Shown in pieces: positions 54,469 through 62,864 of a stretch of DNA of 64,000 nucleotides. The DNA lies in assembly GCA_046350735.1 (NCBI GenBank), contig JAXLZU010000001.1:384967-448966 (forward strand), written 5' to 3'. Under the pieces are notes generated by a model. That model saw nothing but the letters and a program-made list of their open reading frames with translations. It was not told the DNA's origin and made no database searches. The translations under genes and the position numbers were made by a program. Position 1 is the first letter of the stretch. The number at the start of each line of letters is the position of its first letter. This stretch comes from Candidatus Saccharimonadota bacterium. Its GTDB lineage: Bacteria > Patescibacteriota > Saccharimonadia > CAILAD01 > BJGX01.

Positions 54469-55707
54469 ATGAGTAGTTTACTTGTTATTTCTAAAGCCGC
54501 TGAAGAACTGGAGTTATCAACTGATACTATTAGGCGCTGGGAAAAAAAAGGTTTAATCAAATCTGTTCGATCTGATAACAACTATCGTCTCTTTAATGTT
54601 GAAGAAGTTCGTCGTATTCATAATAAAGTTTCTGGTAATCACAGTGCAACAAACAACTATAGAATCTTAAAAGCAAATACAAGTAGTTCTTATACTGCCA
54701 TTGATCTTTTTGCTGGTGCAGGGGGTACTGCACTTGGCCTTGAGAATGCCGGATTAATACATGTTCTATTGAATGAAAATGACAAAAATGCAGTGGCCAC
54801 CTTACGAAAAAATAGACCAGGCTGGAATATCATCCAGGATGATGTCGCTAAGGTAGATTTCAAACCTTTTAAAGGCAAGGTTGATGTCATTGAAGGCGGC
54901 TTTCCATGTCAGGCTTTTAGTTATGCTGGTAAGAAACTTGGCTTTAATGATACTCGCGGTACCTTATTTCACGAATTTGCACGGGCAGTTAAAGAAGTTC
55001 AACCAAAAATAGCTATTGGTGAGAATGTTAAAGGCCTGCTCTCACATGATGACGGTAAGACACTTAGTATTATGGTTGCTACACTTCAACAGCTTGGCTA
55101 TAGAGTGGCATATAAAGTAATGAGATCCCAATATTTAGATGTTCCCCAGAAACGTGAACGATTGCTTATTATCGCTGTTAGGAAAGATTTGAAGACTCCC
55201 ATTCTATTTCCTAAAGAAAAGGATTACACGATCTCGCTTAAAGAAGCTATTGGTGATAAACCACAATCAGGGGGTCAGGAGTACTCGGATAAAAAGAAGC
55301 GAATCATGAAACTGGTTCCTCCCGGAGGATATTGGCGCAGTCTCCCTGAAAAAATCCAAAAAGAATATATGATGACTAGTTACTATATGGGTGGTGGTAA
55401 AACTGGCATGGCCAGGAGATTGTCCTGGGACGAACCGAGCCTCACCCTTACCTGTAATCCAGCACAGAAACAAACCGAGCGTTGTCACCCAGAAGACACG
55501 CGACCACTTAACGTTCGTGAGTACGCCCGTATACAGACTTTCCCGGATGATTGGGTGTTTGAAGGCTCCGTATCCTCTGCTTATAAGCAGATTGGAAATG
55601 CGGTACCTGTTAACCTCGGGTATTACATGGGTACTGCTGCTATTGCCATGCTGTCCGGCAGAACCTCGGATGACCTCGAAGAAGTTAAAGAATTACCAAA
55701 AATCTAA
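54469..55707 (+). CDS. DNA (cytosine-5)-methyltransferase with an N-terminal MerR-like HTH
   Basis: Motif I FAGAGG. IV GFPCQAFS. VI ENVKGL. X QIGNAVP. N-terminal ISKAAEELELSTDTIRRWEKKGLIKS. Confidence 0.9.
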   Translation: MSSLLVISKAAEELELSTDTIRRWEKKGLIKSVRSDNNYRLFNVEEVRRIHNKVSGNHSATNNYRILKANTSSSYTAIDLFAGAGGTALGLENAGLIHVLLNENDKNAVATLRKNRPGWNIIQDDVAKVDFKPFKGKVDVIEGGFPCQAFSYAGKKLGFNDTRGTLFHEFARAVKEVQPKIAIGENVKGLLSHDDGKTLSIMVATLQQLGYRVAYKVMRSQYLDVPQKRERLLIIAVRKDLKTPILFPKEKDYTISLKEAIGDKPQSGGQEYSDKKKRIMKLVPPGGYWRSLPEKIQKEYMMTSYYMGGGKTGMARRLSWDEPSLTLTCNPAQKQTERCHPEDTRPLNVREYARIQTFPDDWVFEGSVSSAYKQIGNAVPVNLGYYMGTAAIAMLSGRTSDDLEEVKELPKI

Positions 55708-55991
55708 CCTAACGGTAGACTCAGCAAATTATCTACTTTAGTTTCGTCTGGTTCTGTTTGCACCCAACTTCCATTAACATTTGATACAACATATAGAGCC
55801 GCACGATAACCCTGTACTTCGGTGAAAAATGTCCCTGGCTTACTATTATTTACTCTTTCTACCATGTCTTGCCGTGATGACCAGTGTAGAGTACCGCTAT
55901 CGGTACCCCATTGTAGTGCAGCTATGTGACGAACGTGATTTGGCATCCCAACTGTCATTCTTCTTGCTACTACTTGTCCGATTTTTGCCAT
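55704..55991 (-). CDS. Hypothetical 95-aa protein
   Basis: ORF only. Confidence 0.3.
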   Translation of the reverse strand: MAKIGQVVARRMTVGMPNHVRHIAALQWGTDSGTLHWSSRQDMVERVNNSKPGTFFTEVQGYRAALYVVSNVNGSWVQTEPDETKVDNLLSLPLG

Positions 55992-56077
55992 AATAACCTC
56001 CTTTTTTAAATTTCCCTCAAATATATTATATTTATATAGTAGTACTGGTAGACCACTTCCGTCAATATTATTTATGC

Positions 56078-56106
56078 TTGTAAGTATCTAGAACTGTATA
56101 TATAAT
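56078..56106 (+). promoter_or_regulatory. Sigma70-like promoter TTGTAA-17bp-TATAAT, 8 nt upstream of the ATG at 56114 (leaderless-type transcript)
   Basis: Read directly from the sequence. Confidence 0.5.
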
Positions 56107-56113
56107 GTGATGT

Positions 56114-56380
56114 ATGGATAGTAAAGAACCCACAAGCTACAATAAAGACAACTACACAGACGAGGCAAAACGCGAACGCTTTATTCGTGTTGCAGAGCGC
56201 CGAACAAATCGTATACTAGAAGACTTAAGACTACTTGGGAATACCAGTAATAAGACCTTATATCTCTATAGTATTGGTGATATAGAAAAGATATTTGGAT
56301 CGATTGAAACACGACTGACTGAGGTAAAGTCAAAGTTTAAAACTGGTAAAAACAAAGATAAGTTTAAGTTAGAAAGTTAA
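56114..56380 (+). CDS. 88-aa hypothetical protein, first gene of a two-gene module
   Basis: Basic, helical. Stop is 2 nt before the next ATG. Confidence 0.35.
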   Translation: MDSKEPTSYNKDNYTDEAKRERFIRVAERRTNRILEDLRLLGNTSNKTLYLYSIGDIEKIFGSIETRLTEVKSKFKTGKNKDKFKLES

Positions 56381-56382
56381 TC

Positions 56383-57534
56383 ATGGATAATCAAACGATC
56401 ACTTGCCCCAAATGCAAAACTAACATCCCTCTATCTGAAGCTATCACACATCAAATAAGTGACTCTATTATAAAAGAAGAACGTGAAAAGCTAATGCAGG
56501 AGGCTGAAGCGGCTAAGCAGGTAGCCTTAGCAGAAGCGAACAAAGCCACTTCTAAGAAATTTGAGCAAGAGCTTAAAAACCAAAAAGAAGAAGTTGAAAT
56601 AGAAAAAGAAGCCAATAAGGAACTGCGTGGACAGCTAAGTGAACTTATGAAGTCGCTACGAACCGAAAAGCAGGCTCGGGAAAATGCAGAACTTGAGGCA
56701 CAAAAGAGATTAGCTGTTGAAGAGAATAAAATACGCGAAGAAGTTGCAAAAAATGCTGATGAAAAGTATCGTCTGAAATTAGCCGAACAAGAAAAGCAAC
56801 TTGCCGATACGAAGAAGGCTTTGGAAGACGCGAAGCGTAAGGCCGAGCAGGGATCTCAGCAGAATCAAGGTGAAGTTTTGGAATTAGACCTGGAGAATCG
56901 TCTGCGTGAAGAGTTTCCGTTTGATCAAATTGAAGAGGTTAAAAAAGGTCAACGAGGAGCCGATTTAAAACAAATTGTTAAAAATCAGAGTCTAGCAGCT
57001 TGCGGGATATTGCTTTGGGAAACTAAAAACGGTAAATGGCAACCAGCATGGGTACCAAAATTCAAACAAGATATTCGTGAAGCAAATGCTAGTATTGGTG
57101 TGATTGTATCGCAAGAAATACCAAGCGAATATAGTGACATGAAACACCTGGAAACAAATGTCTGGGTCGTTAAGCCACGCCTAGCACCTGTGTTAGCAGC
57201 AGCATTGCGTACAACTATTTTACAGGTGGATGCAGCAAACAAGATGAATGCCGGTAAAGACGCCAAAATGGAGGCACTATATCAATTCTTGGTTGGCCCA
57301 GAATTTCGTCATCGTGTTGAAGCAATTGTAGAAAATTACGGTGCGTTACAGTCAGAAATTGAAAAGGAAAAACGTGCCGCTGCTCTTCGCTGGGCTCATC
57401 AAGAAAAGTCTATCCGAGCCGTCATTGATAACACTATCGGCATGTATGGCGATCTCCAAGGCATCACTAATCGCGCTCTACCTACAATAAAAACACTTGA
57501 GTTACCTGAACCTAACGAGAGTGAAGATACATAA
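56383..57534 (+). CDS. DUF2130-like protein: N-terminal CxxC zinc-ribbon-like motif, long coiled coil, C-terminal predicted PD-(D/E)xK nuclease domain
   Basis: TCPKCKT. ~170-aa E/K/A/Q-rich coil. C-terminal ELDLE...GADLKQIV...WETKNGK. Confidence 0.45.
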   Translation: MDNQTITCPKCKTNIPLSEAITHQISDSIIKEEREKLMQEAEAAKQVALAEANKATSKKFEQELKNQKEEVEIEKEANKELRGQLSELMKSLRTEKQARENAELEAQKRLAVEENKIREEVAKNADEKYRLKLAEQEKQLADTKKALEDAKRKAEQGSQQNQGEVLELDLENRLREEFPFDQIEEVKKGQRGADLKQIVKNQSLAACGILLWETKNGKWQPAWVPKFKQDIREANASIGVIVSQEIPSEYSDMKHLETNVWVVKPRLAPVLAAALRTTILQVDAANKMNAGKDAKMEALYQFLVGPEFRHRVEAIVENYGALQSEIEKEKRAAALRWAHQEKSIRAVIDNTIGMYGDLQGITNRALPTIKTLELPEPNESEDT

Positions 57535-57555
57535 ACTTGAATCTGATCATAGTTT

Positions 57556-57837
57556 TTATTTAGATCCCTCATCAAGCAGAGAAATAATTTGATATCCGTA
57601 TTTATCTACCTCTTCTTTTGTCCAAAAATCTGAGTCTTTTGTCTTACCGACAAAACCTACTTTACGTTTGAGGGTTCGACCAGTCGGCTGCTTTGTTGTT
57701 GGATCAATTTCATTGAGAACTAGTGTATCACCTGGCTGGCAATCCCAATCAGCCAAGCGAAGCTCATAGGTTTTTTCGCCAGAAAGGATCTTGTCAAAAA
57801 ATTCGGGCAAGATTTTCTTTTCAATTGTTTTACTCAT
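57556..57837 (-). CDS. ASCH/PUA-like small protein
   Basis: 93 aa, FDKILSGEKTYELR...GDTLVLNE pattern typical of ASCH/DUF3850. Confidence 0.35.
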   Translation of the reverse strand: MSKTIEKKILPEFFDKILSGEKTYELRLADWDCQPGDTLVLNEIDPTTKQPTGRTLKRKVGFVGKTKDSDFWTKEEVDKYGYQIISLLDEGSK

Positions 57838-58499
57838 ATTATTTTCCCGTCTTTTATCTTTATTGATTCACTGCCAATAGTGTACTGCTTGTCAGTTTCA
57901 ACAACTACGGCAGAGTCATCATGTAAACCATAAATGAGGCCACTATAATTTTTTGCTACATCAAGTAACACCTCTTTCCGGTTATTTGGAAATAAGGGAT
58001 TACCAAGATGGGGCTTAATAGCTAGGTCAACCAAACCGAGATATTGAGATATACCATAATCGTTTGCTTCACCATAAATCTTTTGATAAGCCTCTGTAGA
58101 AACACGGTTGCAAATAACCATTGAGCCTGCACTACTACCAACATATACTTTGTTCTCTAAAAGTTCAGGCAGTAACTTATCAAAGCCCGTCTTTTTGAAA
58201 ACACTCATAAGGTAATCAGTATGGCCACCCACGACGAAAATTACATCGGCATGTTTGATTCGCTTCTTTACTGTATCAAGGTCAAGTGCAAGCAAGTTAA
58301 CCAGCTCCATATTGCCCTTGAAGTTCCTTTTAATGCGGTTTAGGTCATCTAACACCCATCCATGGTCACCGTGCTCTACAGCATATGCCTCATTAATGAC
58401 AGCAAAGTTAATCTTGTTTTGCGGCTTCCCAACAAGCTGCACACACTTTTCAATAATTTCAGGCGTATAAAAGCCGGCTGAAGCTAAAATGAGTTTCAT
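57834..58499 (-). CDS. Peptidase S51 (dipeptidase E / cyanophycinase-like) family protein
   Basis: VIFVVGGHTDYL and GSSAGSMV (catalytic Ser). Confidence 0.5.
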   Translation of the reverse strand: MKLILASAGFYTPEIIEKCVQLVGKPQNKINFAVINEAYAVEHGDHGWVLDDLNRIKRNFKGNMELVNLLALDLDTVKKRIKHADVIFVVGGHTDYLMSVFKKTGFDKLLPELLENKVYVGSSAGSMVICNRVSTEAYQKIYGEANDYGISQYLGLVDLAIKPHLGNPLFPNNRKEVLLDVAKNYSGLIYGLHDDSAVVVETDKQYTIGSESIKIKDGKII

Positions 58500-58501
58500 A
58501 G

Positions 58502-58885
58502 CTATAAGTTCTCGTCGATAAACTTCTTGAGGGCGTCCATATCTTCTTTGGTATGATCATAAAAATACGTCTTGATATCAGCCGATTCTGCACTTTTCAC
58601 TGCATCTTGGTTGTGTTCAAAGTAGATAGCATCTTTGGCGTTGAGGTTATAGTGTTTGAGTAACGTGTGAAAGTAAGCTGGGTCAGTCTTTTCAGGGTCA
58701 TGTTTGAGAGTAAATACTTCGTAAGGCACCTGATCGAGTTTGAACTCTTTAAACTGCTCGTCATTTGCTCCAGTCAGAACGATCTTCTTGTTTGGATAGG
58801 TTTCGAGAAGCTTGTACATACTCTCAAGAATACTACCGTCTTCCAGTACTAAGCCATTAATTGCGTCTACAAGTATTGTTTTCAT
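58502..58885 (-). CDS. Small HAD-like/hypothetical protein
   Basis: MKTILVDAINGLV N-terminus resembles HAD motif I. Weak. Confidence 0.3.
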   Translation of the reverse strand: MKTILVDAINGLVLEDGSILESMYKLLETYPNKKIVLTGANDEQFKEFKLDQVPYEVFTLKHDPEKTDPAYFHTLLKHYNLNAKDAIYFEHNQDAVKSAESADIKTYFYDHTKEDMDALKKFIDENL

Positions 58886-59256
58886 TTTGTAGCTACCACA
58901 CTTATTTCAATGCTCGCACCAAGTGGCAAGGCTTGTACGCAGACAGCTTCACGAACTGGAAAGGGTTCTTTGAAATAGTTAGAGTAAGCTTCGTTAAGTT
59001 CGGGCATTTGTGCCATGTCAGTGACGTAGATAACTACTTTCACTATGTCGTCTAGAGCTGTATTAGTAACCTTAAGAATCGCCAAAATATTAGACATTAT
59101 CTGGTCTACTTTTTCTTTTACTGATCCTTCAACTACAGAACCATCTGGTTTGTTATGGATTTGTCCGGATACATATACTGTGCTATTACTCACAATACCT
59201 TGTGAAAGGATATGATCGGCTTTTGGCGCATTATTGGTACTAACTTTCTCTTTCAT
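58882..59256 (-). CDS. RidA/YjgF/TdcF-family reactive-intermediate deaminase
   Basis: DDIVKVVIYVTDMAQMPELNEAYSNYF. 124 aa. Confidence 0.7.
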   Translation of the reverse strand: MKEKVSTNNAPKADHILSQGIVSNSTVYVSGQIHNKPDGSVVEGSVKEKVDQIMSNILAILKVTNTALDDIVKVVIYVTDMAQMPELNEAYSNYFKEPFPVREAVCVQALPLGASIEISVVATK

Positions 59257-59278
59257 TTTACAATCTCCTATGGTTTAA

Positions 59279-59686
59279 CTACTTCTTAATTACCGCTGTT
59301 ACTTCAATTTCAATCTTTGCACCATCTCTGGTCATTCTGTTGGCTTCTATCAGTGTGCTTACTGGCATTGCTTTTTTGAAGTACTCGCCTCTAATTTTTG
59401 AAATCTTATCAAAGTCATTCATATCGGTAATATAAATGACTGCCTTTACGACATTGTCTATAGTGGCATCTGCTTGCTGTAGTATCTTTGTAATGTCTTC
59501 AAATACTAGTTTTGTTTGTTCCTCTATATCATCAGTTACTACTCTATGGTTATCGTCTTTAGGTGCTTGAACACCTGATACAAAGATAAGGTAATAGTCA
59601 CCTAGATCTATTTTCTTGGCTGGAGTGTAGCTGCCTCTTGTTTTGTAGTCTTCAGGGATTATGTCTTTGATGAAATCTTTACTCAT
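59279..59686 (-). CDS. Second RidA/YjgF-family protein (tandem paralog)
   Basis: DNVVKAVIYITDMNDFDKISKIRGEYF. 135 aa. Confidence 0.65.
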   Translation of the reverse strand: MSKDFIKDIIPEDYKTRGSYTPAKKIDLGDYYLIFVSGVQAPKDDNHRVVTDDIEEQTKLVFEDITKILQQADATIDNVVKAVIYITDMNDFDKISKIRGEYFKKAMPVSTLIEANRMTRDGAKIEIEVTAVIKK

Positions 59687-59754
59687 TGCTTGTAATTATA
59701 TCTTAAAGTGTATGCTAAAAACACCTTGCCCAGTCTTTTTCAGGTGCTTTAGAC

Positions 59755-62370
59755 CTATGTCCCGACCACACTTCCTGAATCAGCTTCTTTTGCGTCCTTT
59801 GACTGTTTAGCTGCCGATTGATCTGTTTTGGACTTATCTGACCCAAATAACTTATCCATATATCTCTCGACGGATGCTTTTGGTGTACCATAATGCTTTC
59901 GGCTATAAGCCAGTACAGATTTCATTGTATTATTTGAGCCTTCTTCGGTGAGTGGTACCGTTTGCCCGGAAAACGCATCCTCACTGACATCACCAGTGAC
60001 CTTCATATAGAAATGGTACGGAGCTAGATTTATAATGTCACCTTTATCAACTTCTGGCTTCATATACGGTAGAATAAATGTCTCATCTTCCGGACTCGCT
60101 TTAAGGCAAACCAAGGTGGCGGCATTACCAACCATTACTTTTAAGATACTTTGGTCGGCAATTTGGGCAATATTTTGATGCGAGACAACCAGAGAGACCC
60201 GAAACTTGCGACCCTCAGACGTGATGTCAGCAAACTGCGGGGTGGCGAAGTTCTGGAACTCGTCAATGTAGACGAAGAAATCCTGTCGTTGTTTCTCAGG
60301 TATCTTGGTGCGCTGGTAAGCCGCCATCCAAATAAATGAGGTTAAGATAGTACCAAAGAAGAAGCTTTGGTCTTCACCGATATCGCCCTTGGAAAGATTA
60401 ACTAACAAAATCTTACCTTCATTCATAATATCGGCAATACGTAGCGTGCTAGTTTCTTGCAGCAGAATATGTCGAGACATCTTGGTGGTAATAAAGTGCC
60501 CTAAACGGTGTGTTAGTGGTGCTGTCACATTAGATAGTTGCATCGTTCCAAGCAACTTAAATTCTTTATCCCAGAATTGTTTTAGCACAGGGTCTTTCAA
60601 CGTAGTGGCTATCTGTTTCTGATATTTCTTGTCAGTTAGGAGCCGTTGGAGGGTATAAAGACTAGGGTTCGGGGTCTGTAAGGCAGTCATTGTGGCACTA
60701 CGGAGGATATGCTCCATCCGTGGCCCCCATTGATGCTCGTCGGCTAACTTGGCAAAGACTGATAAGACCGAGCTGGTGATCCATTCATACTTATCGTCTT
60801 CAGTAGTAAATTCAATACCCGGGTCGAGCATATTTAGACCTAGTGGAAACTCACGGTCGGACGGGTCAAATACAATCACATCTTTCTGGCGGTGTTCGGG
60901 CACCAAACTCAACAGTTCCTGAAACATGTCGCCGTGCGGATCGAGGACAGCCAAGCCTTTGCCGTTAACCATGTCTTGGTAGATAGAGTTAGCTAGTAAG
61001 GTGGTCTTACCTGTACCGGTTTTCCCAATAATGTATGTGTGCTTCTGGCGTTGCTTGAGCGTAAGGCCAATTGGAGTCACGCTGCCGTGATGGTCGTTTT
61101 CGCCGATCAAGACATCAAGCTTTGTTCCGTTCTTGAGCGATACGGGTGCAGGAAGCGTTTTACTCAGCGATCGTATCAAGTTTTCTGTCTTGGCGCTGGT
61201 GGTATTGGGAAAATGGTAGAGGCTAGCAACTTCCGAAGCAGCTAGAATTGATGAACTACTGCCGAAAATTGACGGTAAACGGTTAGTAAACACATTCTGT
61301 CGATACATCTGGGTTACTCCGAAGTGCATTCTTTTAGCCTTCAAGCTTTGGTATTTTGGTACAGCAAACAAACTTAAAGCTGCCTCAACACTCTTGCGAC
61401 GCTTTTTTAACTCTTGTTTGTCATTGCAGGCTAGCAATATTCGTATTTCGCTGCGAAAGAGCGGTTGGCCGAGCTTATGGTGAATAGATTCTACCAATTC
61501 ATGTTCGTAAACCGTGAGAGTACGCGCTGGTTTAATACGCCGAGCCACTTGCTGCTTAAATTCCAGGTGTCTATGCGCCGCCGGGAACTGGCTCCTTGTT
61601 GGTTCATGAAAGGCTCCAGAAACCATATCAACAAGACCAAACAGAATGGAGTTAATACCAGTTGTCAAAACGGGCACCAATGATGAACGCTGGTTAAGAT
61701 CTCGAAGTAAATCTTCGTTAGTAAGGATCTTTTCCCGCAGTGCCTCAGCCTCCCGATTACGCACTGGCGTCATTACTAACTGAAACGACATCAGCTCGTT
61801 ATCGGCAAGCTTAGTCATAGCTGTGGTTAAGTAGCTAATCGGGTCATGGCTTTCTAATGTTTCGTAGCTCTGCAAAGGAAAAGCAAAGTGTTTGCTTTTT
61901 TTGAATGGTATAACACGTCGGTATTTTGTAGTTGGCGCTGTCTGTAAATAGTCAGGAATGACTTTTACCTTTATGTCAGATAAATAGGCTACTAGAGCTT
62001 GTTGCAAAGCCTCAGCCTTGTCAGCAACTACCTGTACCATAAAACGTATACCATCTTTCCGTGTCGAAACTATCTCCATGGAAAATACTTCTTTACGCCC
62101 AAGCAGCCGCTCATACCAGTGTTGTGACATACCCAAGCCATGCAATGCAGTAAATAACCTGCTCGTTGCTTCTGGAACTCGATCAGTTCGAGATGATGGT
62201 GTCAGCTCTAAATAAACCACCTCAGTCCGAAGAAGTCGAATAACAGTGTATAAATGAATCATAAGCCAGATCACCAATACTAGTACGATACCCACACCAA
62301 AAACTACGGCCAATCGTGGCAGTACTGAACTCAGCGTATGTAACCAGTAGGTAGTGGTACCAGCTTGCAT
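59755..62370 (-). CDS. Type IV secretion coupling protein (VirD4/TraG/TcpA-like ATPase)
   Basis: N-terminal TM helices. Walker A IIGKTGTGKTTLL. VLDPHGD (T4CP IDPKGD-like). 871 aa. Confidence 0.6.
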   Translation of the reverse strand: MQAGTTTYWLHTLSSVLPRLAVVFGVGIVLVLVIWLMIHLYTVIRLLRTEVVYLELTPSSRTDRVPEATSRLFTALHGLGMSQHWYERLLGRKEVFSMEIVSTRKDGIRFMVQVVADKAEALQQALVAYLSDIKVKVIPDYLQTAPTTKYRRVIPFKKSKHFAFPLQSYETLESHDPISYLTTAMTKLADNELMSFQLVMTPVRNREAEALREKILTNEDLLRDLNQRSSLVPVLTTGINSILFGLVDMVSGAFHEPTRSQFPAAHRHLEFKQQVARRIKPARTLTVYEHELVESIHHKLGQPLFRSEIRILLACNDKQELKKRRKSVEAALSLFAVPKYQSLKAKRMHFGVTQMYRQNVFTNRLPSIFGSSSSILAASEVASLYHFPNTTSAKTENLIRSLSKTLPAPVSLKNGTKLDVLIGENDHHGSVTPIGLTLKQRQKHTYIIGKTGTGKTTLLANSIYQDMVNGKGLAVLDPHGDMFQELLSLVPEHRQKDVIVFDPSDREFPLGLNMLDPGIEFTTEDDKYEWITSSVLSVFAKLADEHQWGPRMEHILRSATMTALQTPNPSLYTLQRLLTDKKYQKQIATTLKDPVLKQFWDKEFKLLGTMQLSNVTAPLTHRLGHFITTKMSRHILLQETSTLRIADIMNEGKILLVNLSKGDIGEDQSFFFGTILTSFIWMAAYQRTKIPEKQRQDFFVYIDEFQNFATPQFADITSEGRKFRVSLVVSHQNIAQIADQSILKVMVGNAATLVCLKASPEDETFILPYMKPEVDKGDIINLAPYHFYMKVTGDVSEDAFSGQTVPLTEEGSNNTMKSVLAYSRKHYGTPKASVERYMDKLFGSDKSKTDQSAAKQSKDAKEADSGSVVGT

Positions 62371-62378
62371 AATCCTCC

Positions 62379-62864
62379 TTAGTGGATAAAGTTAAAGTTT
62401 TGCGCGGCTGCTGCCGACAAGGTACGTGTATCGAGTTGGTCAAACCCAACAACATTCATCTCAGATATTGTCCAATTACCAGCCGTGTCAACACTTTCTA
62501 CAAAGGCCACATGCCCAAGCTCGCCGGCAGAGGTTTGCATAATTGAATCCATAGCCGGGATATGGTCAACAAGATAGCCATCAAGTTGAGCTCGTTCTGC
62601 CCAAGTGTTAGCGTTGCCCCAGGTACTTGGAATGGGCTGGCCAATTTGGATACGCCGTAGTGCTGCCCAATAGGTGCAGTTGCCGTACGCATAGGCATCA
62701 CGGGTGTCGATTGGACCAGTATAGAGTGGATGGGTATCAATGACACCAAGATCAGAAACTGCGGCTAATACCACAATCGGCATGGAAAACAGAACTAGGA
62801 TCACAGTTAAGACAATAATTAACTCGAGCTTAGATTTTTTTAGAAGTAACCCAGCAAGCATCAT
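62379..62864 (-). CDS. CHAP-domain cell-wall hydrolase with an N-terminal TM anchor
   Basis: Cys motif YGNCTYWA and His motif GHVAFVESV. Confidence 0.6.
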   Translation of the reverse strand: MMLAGLLLKKSKLELIIVLTVILVLFSMPIVVLAAVSDLGVIDTHPLYTGPIDTRDAYAYGNCTYWAALRRIQIGQPIPSTWGNANTWAERAQLDGYLVDHIPAMDSIMQTSAGELGHVAFVESVDTAGNWTISEMNVVGFDQLDTRTLSAAAAQNFNFIH

